Made by a program: the position numbers and the translations under genes | Assembly: GCA_017623705.1 (NCBI GenBank) | Contig: JAGAOQ010000018.1 | Span: forward strand, 949 to 64,948 | Source of the DNA: Clostridia bacterium | Lineage (GTDB): Bacteria > Bacillota > Clostridia > Christensenellales > UBA1242 | Direction of reading: 5' to 3' | Length of the DNA: 64,000 nucleotides | The notes under the pieces: model-generated | Seen by the model: the letters and a program-made list of their open reading frames with translations, nothing else | Told to the model about the DNA's origin: nothing | The model's database searches: none | Shown: positions 10,045-19,023 of the stretch, piece after piece | Layout: each line of letters begins with the position of its first letter | How positions within the stretch are numbered: position 1 is the stretch's first letter

Positions 10045-11288
10045 TATTGTTCGGGCAAATCGTTAATGATTAGTAGAATATCCCCTTTGGTGAGCCACTG
10101 GGGATATATTTTTTTGGCACTTTCACGGTCGGGGACGTAAGCAACTGCCCCGTGCCACCCGTGTAAACCTTTGACAAAAGCTGGACGGTTGAGTTCGCCC
10201 ACCACAATCACGGCATCGGCAACCGCTTTCAACTGTTCGCAAAAGTCCGCATGAGCTTGTGCCGTATTTGTTCCTTGTTCCACAAAACCAGGCGTCTGCA
10301 CGACTTTGCGAGTCGGGTAATTTTTAATCACGTCCAAAGCACTTTCCGCACTTGCTGGATTGGCGTTGTAGCTGTCATCAAAGATAATAATTCCGTTCGG
10401 GGCAACAATTTTTTCTAAACGGTGCGGTGTCGGTTGCAAAGCTAACGCCACTTGTTGAATTGCATCTTCATCGACCCCCAACCGCCGAGCCAGAGCAACC
10501 GCCATTTGTAAGTTCTTTTGTTGGTGCTTCCCTAACAACGACGTCGGCAACCATGTTTGTTCCGCCATTTTAATCAACACTTTGTCGGCACGTTCCACCG
10601 CACAACACCAAGCATTATCGCCGTCCGTTACCGCAATCCCACCACTCGGCAACATGGCAAACAATTCGCCTTTGGTTTTCGCCACCGTTGCCATGTCCCC
10701 AAACGTTGCTAAATGGCAAGCTCCAATACTGGTGATAATCCCGTGGTGCGGTTGTAACAATTCACACAACTCACGAATTTCACCCTGCCGTCTTGCTCCC
10801 ATTTCCATAATCAAAACTTGCGTGTCCGCACGTAAATGTTCGTTCACCGTCCGTGCTAATCCTAGTGGGGTATTAAAACTTGACGGACTTGCCACGACCC
10901 GATATTTGGTTTTTAACAATTCCGCCAGTATGTTTTTCACCGAAGTCTTACCATAACTGCCCGTAATTCCAATTTTGATTAAGTCGGGACGACGGCGTAA
11001 AATCCGTTTGGCTCGTCGCAAATAATACCGCTGGACCATTTTTTCGTAAGGTTGCAACAACCAATTTGCCCCCGCCACTGTGCGAGTTAAACATAACCAC
11101 GGTAACCCCAACCCACACACAACTAACACCCACACCACCACTCGCAACCGTTTGAGCCGAGCTGTGTTTTGAGCTGTCCCGTGCGTTGTTTTTCCCATCA
11201 AAGTCCCATAGTCATGGTTGCGGTAACCACTTAACTGCATCTTATATAATAATTCACCCAAACTGCGACGCATCTCATTGCACCTCAC
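10041..11288 (-). CDS. murF: MurF-like Mur ligase with an atypical N-terminus containing a TM segment
   Basis: [16 protein letters not shown]-loop and [17 protein letters not shown], both MurF-typical. The first 100 aa or so contain [20 protein letters not shown] instead of a recognisable MurF domain 1. Confidence 0.7.
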   Translation of the reverse strand: MRCNEMRRSLGELLYKMQLSGYRNHDYGTLMGKTTHGTAQNTARLKRLRVVVWVLVVCGLGLPWLCLTRTVAGANWLLQPYEKMVQRYYLRRAKRILRRRPDLIKIGITGSYGKTSVKNILAELLKTKYRVVASPSSFNTPLGLARTVNEHLRADTQVLIMEMGARRQGEIRELCELLQPHHGIITSIGACHLATFGDMATVAKTKGELFAMLPSGGIAVTDGDNAWCCAVERADKVLIKMAEQTWLPTSLLGKHQQKNLQMAVALARRLGVDEDAIQQVALALQPTPHRLEKIVAPNGIIIFDDSYNANPASAESALDVIKNYPTRKVVQTPGFVEQGTNTAQAHADFCEQLKAVADAVIVVGELNRPAFVKGLHGWHGAVAYVPDRESAKKIYPQWLTKGDILLIINDLPEQY

Positions 11289-11940
11289 GGTCTAAAAAAC
11301 GCAAGACATCACCGATAAAACGAGCATAATTTTCCAAGTAAGCAAAATGACCTTTGCCACGATAAATTATGGTTTGTGCCTGTGGCACGCAAGTTTGCCA
11401 ACGCCGTAATTCCGTCAGCGGAGTTGCCCGATCACGACTGCCCCACACCAGCAAAGTTGGAGCAGTAATTTGCCGAGCTTCCCAACTCAAATCACGGTGG
11501 ATAATGTTTTGGAAAGTCCGTTTCCCGTTGGCATCTAACTTACGATAATCTGCACTGCCACCCTGTACCCGCCAACCCAAACGCCGACAAAATTTATACC
11601 AACGAATCTTACAGCGAACCCACCACGACGGACGGACTGGCAAACCTGCCCCACCCGTAAGTATGATGTGCGTAAATAATTGCGGGTGGCGAGCATTTAA
11701 CAAAGCCACTAACCTTGCCCCAAACGAATGAGCAATGACAACGCAACGAGTAACTGCCTGTTGTTGTAAATAAGCATCGACATCGTCGACGTAATTTTCC
11801 AAAGTATAAACTTCACACGGCGGACAAGGTAAACTCGGTGTCAACACCCGACAATCTGCCCGTTGAGCAAAATATTGACTAATGGGAGCAAAACTATCCG
11901 CATTACCGCCCCAGCCGTGCAAAAACAAAAACGTCCGCAT
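11275..11940 (-). CDS. Alpha/beta hydrolase fold protein
   Basis: FLFLHGWGGN oxyanion region and the nucleophile elbow IAHSFGA. 221 aa. The 3' end overlaps the murF-like gene by 14 nt. Confidence 0.7.
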   Translation of the reverse strand: MRTFLFLHGWGGNADSFAPISQYFAQRADCRVLTPSLPCPPCEVYTLENYVDDVDAYLQQQAVTRCVVIAHSFGARLVALLNARHPQLFTHIILTGGAGLPVRPSWWVRCKIRWYKFCRRLGWRVQGGSADYRKLDANGKRTFQNIIHRDLSWEARQITAPTLLVWGSRDRATPLTELRRWQTCVPQAQTIIYRGKGHFAYLENYARFIGDVLRFLDREVQ

Positions 11941-11974
11941 AATGTTATATATGAACTAACATTAACGGACGTTT
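11929..11974 (-). terminator. Extended hairpin (intrinsic-terminator-like) after the small-protein operon; its 3' arm contains the ATG of the hydrolase gene
   Basis: On the minus strand: AAACGTCCG-TTAATGTTA-loop-TAACATTA-TG-CGGACGTTT, followed by TTGTTTTTG. The arms lie at 11966-11974/11929-11937 and 11957-11964/11940-11947. Confidence 0.5.
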
Positions 11975-11994
11975 GTTAAATATTTTTTTAAGTC

Positions 11995-12198
11995 TTAACG
12001 AGCTAATTCAGTTTGTTGACAACTTTGTTCAACCAATACGTTTTGTTTCAAAGCTTTTTTGTTAACTTCAATCATTTTTGATTTACGTGCAGCTTTGTTT
12101 GCCAAGGCAACCATTTGACTGGTTACTTCCATGTTGTTCAAAACGCCTGACTCCATCAAGTTTTCACATTGTTCTTCGTTTAATTCAAACTTTGCCAT
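11995..12198 (-). CDS. Small hypothetical protein (67 aa)
   Basis: MAKFELNEEQCENLMESG... The start is placed at ATG 12198 (AAGGAG lies 13 nt upstream); the ORF track extends to 12261. No family recognised. Confidence 0.45.
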   Translation of the reverse strand: MAKFELNEEQCENLMESGVLNNMEVTSQMVALANKAARKSKMIEVNKKALKQNVLVEQSCQQTELAR

Positions 12199-12281
12199 AA
12201 TTTTCAAAATTCTCCTTTTTTTTGATAACCCATTATCCCACATTCGACCAGCAAAAGTCAATAGTGGTTTTTGTCAAAAAC

Positions 12282-12584
12282 TTACATTCCGGCAACAATA
12301 AGTTCGGCAACTTTTTCTTCTTCAAGTACTACTTCGTTGTTAGCTTTCACATGTTCGTGGTGAAAACCATCTTTCACAAATTTAGTCAATTTTGGCGAAA
12401 TCACATCAGGAATTACGCCATTATCCAAAGCGTCAATGAAACTTTCGTTAACGTTTTCAAAATCTAGTTGTTCTGCCACTGCTCTTTTTTTATCTTTCAC
12501 TTTTTGTGCCTTGCAAGAATACTTACTAAATTCCTTGGCTTTTGATAATTTCTTAAAATGTTTTGCTACTTTTGGACTTCTCAT
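12282..12584 (-). CDS. Small hypothetical protein (100 aa) with a basic N-terminal half and an acidic C-terminal half
   Basis: A strong SD (AAGGAG) lies 6 nt before ATG 12584, with a near-consensus promoter upstream. No family recognised. Confidence 0.65.
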   Translation of the reverse strand: MRSPKVAKHFKKLSKAKEFSKYSCKAQKVKDKKRAVAEQLDFENVNESFIDALDNGVIPDVISPKLTKFVKDGFHHEHVKANNEVVLEEEKVAELIVAGM

Positions 12585-12611
12585 GTTTACTCCTTTTTTG
12601 ATTAAAAGACT

Positions 12612-12639
12612 ATTTTAGCATGTTTAATTTTAATGTCAA
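12612..12639 (-). promoter_or_regulatory. Sigma-70-type promoter for the small-protein operon
   Basis: On the minus strand: TTGACA (12639-12634), 16-nt spacer, TGcTAAAAT (12620-12612). Confidence 0.6.
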
Positions 12640-12645
12640 CCCCCC

Positions 12646-13023
12646 CTATTTTTTCTGGTTAACAACAAACTCGCCATTATAAAACGGTTGCAAAGCGAAA
12701 GGACTGACTGTTTCACCCGCTCGAAATTTTCGCATCGCTTCATCAACATCTAAACGTTCAGTTAAGGCAATCACGGGAATTTTTTGTGCATAAGCAAATG
12801 CTTTGGCAACGGCTAAGCCGACCCGAATCCCTGTCCATGACCCTGGACCAGTAACAACCGCCACTGCATCAAACTTTGCCACGCCGAGTTCACTAATTAA
12901 GCGGTTAACATTTTTATCATGCTGGCGTTGTTCATCGCAAGTTTTGGTAACCGTAACCACCCCGTCCACCGCCAAAGCCACCACTAACTGGGTTTGCGTA
13001 CTATCCAATAATAACAAATTCAC
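12646..13023 (-). CDS. tsaB: TsaB (t6A biosynthesis), half-size version
   Basis: VVTGPGSWTGIRVGLAVAKAFA motif. Only 125 aa. The start overlaps the end of tsaE. Confidence 0.8.
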   Translation of the reverse strand: MNLLLLDSTQTQLVVALAVDGVVTVTKTCDEQRQHDKNVNRLISELGVAKFDAVAVVTGPGSWTGIRVGLAVAKAFAYAQKIPVIALTERLDVDEAMRKFRAGETVSPFALQPFYNGEFVVNQKK

Positions 13024-13405
13024 GATTGCCGTTCTCCTTCACCGTAATTTTAATTTGAATTGCGTTAGGAATTTGCAATTCATTTGGCCATTCAATAAAG
13101 ACATAATTACCCGCCACACACAAATCTTCCAAACCGATACTCTGCATCACACTTGCCAAAGATTGCTTGCCATTTTCCCACAAGCGGTATAAATCAGCAT
13201 GGAAAATATTTTCCGCATACTGGTTAATAATGGTGTAAGTTGGACTTGCTGGTAAAGCTTGTGGACACAACGTGCGGACAACTTCACCGACGAAAGTCGT
13301 TTTGCCTGCCCCCATTGCACCCGACAATAAAACAACACCGCCGTTACTTTGTTGTAGACGGTGGGCAAGTTGTCGAGCTAACATCGTTGTCTTGCGACGG
13401 TTCAT
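13001..13405 (-). CDS. tsaE: TsaE (t6A biosynthesis ATPase)
   Basis: LSGAMGAGKTTFV Walker A, SPTYTIINQY, and HADLYRL. Confidence 0.85.
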   Translation of the reverse strand: MNRRKTTMLARQLAHRLQQSNGGVVLLSGAMGAGKTTFVGEVVRTLCPQALPASPTYTIINQYAENIFHADLYRLWENGKQSLASVMQSIGLEDLCVAGNYVFIEWPNELQIPNAIQIKITVKENGNREFVIIG

Positions 13406-13799
13406 GCTTGATTATATCAGTTTTTGTCGGCGGTGCAAAGCGACTAATCGCCGCCAACGTAAAAACCAAACAAGCAACAATAATGTAGTAGATGTGAAAC
13501 CGCACTACATAGCTGGTTAACAACAAAATGATACCCGCAAAAACCAAACCTTTGGTGCGTTCCCGAGCAAAAGCTCTCCGCCACAAATCACGCAGAACAA
13601 CTCGCCAGTTGCGACGTGGTTTTTTGGGAGCTGTCCGCCAGTCATGCCAAAATTTACGTCCCGCTGTCAGCTCATAGATTATGTTAATGGCGACGGCAAA
13701 AAACATTGCCCAACCCCAGTTACGGAACAATAATTGACCAACAATAAAGATGAAAAAACCCCGCACAAAAATATTCAATAAATAAGCAGTACGATTCAT
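13344..13799 (-). CDS. Hypothetical membrane protein
   Basis: About 4 hydrophobic segments. The start is placed at MNRTAYLL (13799); the ORF track extends to 13835. The 3' end overlaps the tsaE start. Confidence 0.5.
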   Translation of the reverse strand: MNRTAYLLNIFVRGFFIFIVGQLLFRNWGWAMFFAVAINIIYELTAGRKFWHDWRTAPKKPRRNWRVVLRDLWRRAFARERTKGLVFAGIILLLTSYVVRFHIYYIIVACLVFTLAAISRFAPPTKTDIIKHEPSQDNDVSSTTCPPSTTK

Positions 13800-13900
13800 A
13801 AATTTATTATTGACAACAGGGGTTGAACATTGCATAATAACTCAATTTTTATTGCGTTGAAAACCGCAAAATTAAACAAAAAAAGGTAGGGTTTTATGCA

Positions 13901-15331
13901 GTGGCAAAATTCACAGGAGAAAAAATTATCGAACTAAAAAACGTCGTAAAAATCTACGACAAGGAAAAGGCCGTAGATGACGTTTCCTTATCCATTAAAA
14001 AAGGAGATTTCGTAACCATTTTAGGTCCATCAGGTTGTGGCAAGACAACGATTTTACGTATGATTGCTGGGTTCGAACAACCAACCGCCGGAGCGATTTA
14101 TTTGGAAGGTGCGGACGTTACTTCCGTTCCCCCTTATAAACGCAACATCAATACCGTCTTTCAAAAGTACGCTTTGTTCCCACACTTGAACGTGTTTAAC
14201 AACATCGCTTACGGTTTGAAATTAAAGACTGTTCCCGATGCAAGTGCCAAAAAAGGTTACCGCTTGCTCAGTCAGCAAGAAATTAACGACAAAGTTAACC
14301 GTGCTTTGCGTATGGTTGACTTGGAAGACTACGGACACCGTGATATTGACAGTCTTTCCGGTGGTCAACAACAACGTATTGCGATTGCTCGTGCGATTGT
14401 TAACGAACCAAAAGTTTTATTATTAGATGAACCATTATCCGCACTCGACTTAAAAATGCGAAAAGAAATGCAAATCGAATTACGTCGTTTGCACAAAGAA
14501 TTAGGGATTACCTTTATCTACGTTACACACGACCAAGAAGAAGCCATGACCATGAGTGATACCATTGTCGTCATGCGAGATGGTCAAATCCAACAAGTTG
14601 GTACACCGAAAAAAATCTATGACGAACCACAAAATGCTTACACCGCCGACTTCATTGGCGAAAGTAACATTATTTCGGGTAAAATGGTAAAAGACAATTT
14701 AGTCGAATTCTTTGGCCACCAATTCCCTTGTTTAGATAAAGGATTCAAACCGAACGAACCAGTTGATATTGTTGTGCGTCCCGAAGACGTAAAAATCAGC
14801 AACAAAGACGCTCAATTTGAAGGTACGGTTATGAACGTAGTTTTCAAAGGAACATTTTACGACATTACGGTTGTTTTGGACAACTACGAATTATCGGTTA
14901 AGAACACGAAAGCATACACCGTTGGCGACAAAATCATGATGAGCATTGCTCCCGACGGAATCCACGTTATGCCGAAAGAAGCAATTACCAACGAATACAA
15001 AACCGAAATTATTGGCGAAAATACAATTACGATTGGCGATGTCGACTTCGAGTTTATTCCTACGGCAGGTGAAACTTATGAAAAAGGCGACAAAGTCATT
15101 GCAACGATTGACTTTGACAAGATTGAATTAACAGACGACGAAAACGAAGGACAAATCAGCGGTAACATCACCGACATGATTTATAAGGGCAAATACTACC
15201 AAGTTAAAATTTGGTTAGATAATGATACAGCGTTAATCGTGGATACGCCGTACGACTGGAACACCGACGACCGAGTTGGTTTAGTAATTAAAAAAGCAGA
15301 TATTAAGGTACGCCACGATGAAAAAGATTAA
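13901..15331 (+). CDS. potA: Spermidine/putrescine ABC transporter ATPase PotA with a long C-terminal extension
   Basis: GTG start with AAGGTAGGG upstream. GPSGCGKTT, LSGGQQQRIAIARA and LLLDEP motifs. 476 aa. Confidence 0.9.
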   Translation: MAKFTGEKIIELKNVVKIYDKEKAVDDVSLSIKKGDFVTILGPSGCGKTTILRMIAGFEQPTAGAIYLEGADVTSVPPYKRNINTVFQKYALFPHLNVFNNIAYGLKLKTVPDASAKKGYRLLSQQEINDKVNRALRMVDLEDYGHRDIDSLSGGQQQRIAIARAIVNEPKVLLLDEPLSALDLKMRKEMQIELRRLHKELGITFIYVTHDQEEAMTMSDTIVVMRDGQIQQVGTPKKIYDEPQNAYTADFIGESNIISGKMVKDNLVEFFGHQFPCLDKGFKPNEPVDIVVRPEDVKISNKDAQFEGTVMNVVFKGTFYDITVVLDNYELSVKNTKAYTVGDKIMMSIAPDGIHVMPKEAITNEYKTEIIGENTITIGDVDFEFIPTAGETYEKGDKVIATIDFDKIELTDDENEGQISGNITDMIYKGKYYQVKIWLDNDTALIVDTPYDWNTDDRVGLVIKKADIKVRHDEKD

Positions 15332-16115
15332 CTTTAATTCACGCAGTTTATTTGCCCTTCCCTATTTAATTTACATGTTCATTTTCGTTGTTGTGCCGTT
15401 GTTTATGCTCCTCGGTTACGCATTCTTCGGCAATGGCAACTTCTCCTTTGACGAAGTTTCCGCTTTCTTCACCGACAGCAGTCAATGGGCGACAATCGGC
15501 CGTAGTCTACGTATCGCCTTAACCGCCGCTTTGGCTTGCATCTTAATCGGTTTCCCTTTGGCTTACATCATTGCTAAAATTCGTTCTAAAACCGCTCAAT
15601 ACATGGTTTTAATGGCTTTGGTAGCTCCAATGTGGATTAACGGTTTGTTACGTACCATCGCCTTGAAAGATTTAGCAACTTTAATCCATTTCGGCACAGG
15701 TGAAACCTTGCTTACTTTGGGTTTAATCATTGACTACCTACCTTTCATGTTAATGCCAATCTACTTAGTCATTACCGGGATTCCAAAGTCTTACTTAGAA
15801 GTTAGTGCCGACTTAGGTGCTTCACCATTGATTACTTTTGTCAAGGTTGTTTTGCCTTTGTCAATGTCTGGGATTATCAGCGGTTTCTTGATGGTATTCA
15901 CCCCTGCCGTCTCCACTTACTACATGAGTGAATATCTCGGCGACCAAAGTACCTTCATGATTGGCGAACAATTAAACACCATGTTCACCAAAGACAACAA
16001 ATCAGGTGCTGCCGTAATTGCTTTGGTCTTACTTGCTTTGGTTGGCTTGTCAGTCTTCATTGCGAACCGTTTATCACGTATCGGTAACAACAAAAAAGAA
16101 GGAGGTCTTGCATAA
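15318..16115 (+). CDS. potB: Spermidine/putrescine ABC permease PotB
   Basis: 6-TM binding-protein-dependent permease. Overlaps potA by 14 nt and shares a TAATG junction with the next gene. Confidence 0.85.
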   Translation: MKKINFNSRSLFALPYLIYMFIFVVVPLFMLLGYAFFGNGNFSFDEVSAFFTDSSQWATIGRSLRIALTAALACILIGFPLAYIIAKIRSKTAQYMVLMALVAPMWINGLLRTIALKDLATLIHFGTGETLLTLGLIIDYLPFMLMPIYLVITGIPKSYLEVSADLGASPLITFVKVVLPLSMSGIISGFLMVFTPAVSTYYMSEYLGDQSTFMIGEQLNTMFTKDNKSGAAVIALVLLALVGLSVFIANRLSRIGNNKKEGGLA

Positions 16116-18394
16116 TGGGTTTGACGTTTGTTTTCTTAGTCATGGCAATCGTATATTTGCCAATTCTGTTACTCGTTTTCTTATCATTTAGCGACGGCTT
16201 AGAATTTTACGTACAATTATTTACTACCACAGAATACATGACCGCTATCGGTAACACACTTTTGATTGCCGTTGTAGCGTCTTTCATCGCCACAATTATT
16301 GCCACAATGGCAGCGACAGGTATTTTGTACTTAGGTAAACGTACCCGTGCCATCACCATGGCAGTCAACCAACTACCTGTCATCAACGCCGACATCGTAA
16401 CTTCATTTAGTTTGGTTTTGCTTTTCGTCGGTTTAGGTATGACTAATCTCGGCTTGCTCAAATTACTTTTGGCACACATCTTGATTGCTCTACCTTTCTG
16501 CTTACTCACAATTTTACCCAAAATGCGTCAGTTAGATGCAAACTTAATCGACGCTGCGTTAGACTTAGGTGCTTCACCGTTCAAAGCTTTTACCAGCGTG
16601 ATTGTGCCACAATTAGTCCCTGCCATGATTCAAGCGTTCCTACTCGGGTTCACTTTGTCATTGGACGACTTCGTGATTACGCAATACAACAACAGTGGCG
16701 TTGCCACGATTTCTACTGTCGTTTACGGAGCAATCAGTCGTCGTGATATTCCCGACGCTTTCAAAGCCCTAACCACCATTATCTTCATCGTAATTTTGTT
16801 AGTGTTGGTAGTCATGAACTTAAATGCAGCACGTATCCGCAAAGGCATTAAATTAAACAAAAAAGTGATTGCCGGTATTTTGGCAGGGATTTTGTTACTT
16901 ACCGGAGCAGGTGTTATTCCTGTCATCGTAACCAACTTAACGCCACGTTCATTAGTTTTGAAAGTTTACAACTGGGAAGACTACATTGAAACCAGTTTGT
17001 TAGACGACTTCACCGATTACTACCGTGAACAACTTGCCGACCAAGGTGTCAAAGACGCCGACAAATTTAGGATTGAATACCACACTTTTACGGACAACGA
17101 AGAACTATACAGCAAAATCAACACGCAACACGCCGACTACGATTTGATTTTCCCGTCCGAATACATGGTCGAAAAAATGGCAACCGAGGGCTTACTTCAA
17201 CCAATTAACGGAAGCCGTATTACCGAACCAATGGACGGAACAATTTTGGCACGTACATCAGCTTTCACAACGGTCTACGACCAAGACAACAATCCTGTTG
17301 CCGACCAAGTTTGGGCAATCCCTTACATGATTGGTACGGTCGGAATCATGTACGATACTTCGGTTATCACCAAAATGCAAGACGAAACTGGACTTGACAT
17401 TGACGACTTTGAAACCATGTTAGCCGAATATGGTTTTGGTATCTTGTTTGGCGAAGGCGAATCCACCAAATACAGCGGACGTATCACCATGAAAAAATCA
17501 GCTCGTGATTCAATCGGAATTGCCATGATTTACAGCGAACAACGTAAATCAAGCACCCACAAAGTTAACGACGCCGAATATTATTTGCCACAAATTATTG
17601 ACGAAGACTATGACAACACCATGTTGGAAGAAATCTTAAACATGGACGGCGATTACTCGATTGACGCTGCACGTGCCGTTTTAATGGAACAAATCCGTAC
17701 TATGCACCCCGTTTACGAAAACGATAACGGTAAAAAATCTTTCATTGACCCTAACAACGATGACTTTGCTTACGGTTTGTTTTGGAGTTGTGATGCTGGT
17801 ATCGCTATGTGGGAAATGGACGAAGCAAACGCCGACAACGAAGACTTTGAAAATCCATTACGTTTCTACGCACCTAACGGTACCAACTTATGGACAGACA
17901 ACTTTGCAATTCCAACCTATGCGAAAAACACCGACGCAGCTTACGAATTCATTAACTTCATGTTAAACCACGAAAATGCAGCCGTTAACACCGATTACGT
18001 CGGCAGTCAAATGATTGCTGTCGGTGATGCAATCGACGACTTAAAATACGGCGAAGACGGTTATGGCGTTCCCGAACCAGGCGTTATTTACGACATTTTT
18101 GACCAAGAAACCAACTACGCTTGTACAATTTTCCCAACCGAAGACAATATTACTTATTCGGCAATCATGCACAACTTTGACGCCAAGAAAGAAAAAGCTG
18201 TCAACAGCTTAATGGTTGACGTCCAAAACAAAGCAGCCCAACTCACCGAGGAAGCAGGCACCAGCGTAAACTGGTTCTTAATCGTTATCGCCGTGTTAAT
18301 CGTGGCAACCTTACTGTGGTGGTTAATCTACAAACTAACCCACCGCCGTCCACGCTTCACGCCAACCCCACTCCTCCCCAACCAACAAGCATAA
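16115..18394 (+). CDS. potCD: PotC permease fused to a PotD-like substrate-binding domain, plus a C-terminal TM anchor
   Basis: The first 260 aa or so form a permease. LVLKVYNWEDYIE..YDLIFPSEYMVEKM..WAIPYMIGTVGIMYD then matches PotD-type SBPs. The final hydrophobic segment is WFLIVIAVLIVATLLWWLIY. Confidence 0.85.
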   Translation: MGLTFVFLVMAIVYLPILLLVFLSFSDGLEFYVQLFTTTEYMTAIGNTLLIAVVASFIATIIATMAATGILYLGKRTRAITMAVNQLPVINADIVTSFSLVLLFVGLGMTNLGLLKLLLAHILIALPFCLLTILPKMRQLDANLIDAALDLGASPFKAFTSVIVPQLVPAMIQAFLLGFTLSLDDFVITQYNNSGVATISTVVYGAISRRDIPDAFKALTTIIFIVILLVLVVMNLNAARIRKGIKLNKKVIAGILAGILLLTGAGVIPVIVTNLTPRSLVLKVYNWEDYIETSLLDDFTDYYREQLADQGVKDADKFRIEYHTFTDNEELYSKINTQHADYDLIFPSEYMVEKMATEGLLQPINGSRITEPMDGTILARTSAFTTVYDQDNNPVADQVWAIPYMIGTVGIMYDTSVITKMQDETGLDIDDFETMLAEYGFGILFGEGESTKYSGRITMKKSARDSIGIAMIYSEQRKSSTHKVNDAEYYLPQIIDEDYDNTMLEEILNMDGDYSIDAARAVLMEQIRTMHPVYENDNGKKSFIDPNNDDFAYGLFWSCDAGIAMWEMDEANADNEDFENPLRFYAPNGTNLWTDNFAIPTYAKNTDAAYEFINFMLNHENAAVNTDYVGSQMIAVGDAIDDLKYGEDGYGVPEPGVIYDIFDQETNYACTIFPTEDNITYSAIMHNFDAKKEKAVNSLMVDVQNKAAQLTEEAGTSVNWFLIVIAVLIVATLLWWLIYKLTHRRPRFTPTPLLPNQQA

Positions 18395-18395
18395 C

Positions 18396-18430
18396 AAAAA
18401 AAAGACGCACCAAGCACGGTGCGTTTTTTT
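18396..18430. terminator. Bidirectional rho-independent terminator
   Basis: A8 run, stem ACGCACC (18405-18411) paired with GGTGCGT (18418-18424), then a T7 run. It lies between convergent genes. Confidence 0.8.
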
Positions 18431-18449
18431 ATGAACATTGACAGTCAGC

Positions 18450-18977
18450 TTATTTTCTTTTTTTGCTTTTTTTCTTACTGTCCACGGTGGCAAAAACCAA
18501 GCCCGCACTGGCAAGTGCAAAAATCGGGAATAGCCAACCCATTACATTAGCAACAATGCTTGAACCGTTCGTAACTTTGTTACCAAATAGTTCGGTTGTT
18601 TCAAAATTGCTGTTCGTAAATTGGTTCACCAACAAAGTAATGACTGCCAAAATACCAATGACTAACAAACTAACCGCCAAGACTTTTTCCACGTTTTGCA
18701 ATTTCAAAACTTTCAAATCGTCCAAAATTGCTACTACCAACGTGATAACGGCAACCGCCAAAGCCATAATCACCAAGACACGTAACGCTACAATCCAGAA
18801 CGGATTGAAGTCTTTCACTAACGCCTCCATGTCTTCCAAGTCTTCAAACAAACCTACTGTTTCGCTCGTCGACGCATTAGCAATCTTCAAGGTATAAACT
18901 AATGGTGCAACCAACAACGGTAAACCTGTTAAAAGACCCACAGCTAAGCCGATGTACTTTAACACTTTTTTTAACAT
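18450..18977 (-). CDS. Hypothetical membrane protein (175 aa)
   Basis: Multiple TM segments and a GGAG SD. Last gene of the TetR-adjacent operon. Confidence 0.55.
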   Translation of the reverse strand: MLKKVLKYIGLAVGLLTGLPLLVAPLVYTLKIANASTSETVGLFEDLEDMEALVKDFNPFWIVALRVLVIMALAVAVITLVVAILDDLKVLKLQNVEKVLAVSLLVIGILAVITLLVNQFTNSNFETTELFGNKVTNGSSIVANVMGWLFPIFALASAGLVFATVDSKKKSKKRK

Positions 18978-19023
18978 TGTTTTTTCTCCTTTTAATAATC
19001 TATGTTAGATATAACATACGAAA

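Noticed and set aside
12231-12240. DnaA-box-like sequence TTATCCCACA, hinting at an origin of replication.
   Set aside because: It is a single imperfect copy (one extra C relative to TTATCCACA) inside a small-gene region, with no cluster of boxes, AT-rich unwinding element or dnaA/dnaN nearby.
13850-13868. Small inverted repeat TTGCG-N8-CGCAA upstream of potA as a possible riboswitch or operator.
   Set aside because: The stem is only 5 bp, and the 65-nt intergenic region is too short for a known riboswitch class. I could not define a convincing promoter context.
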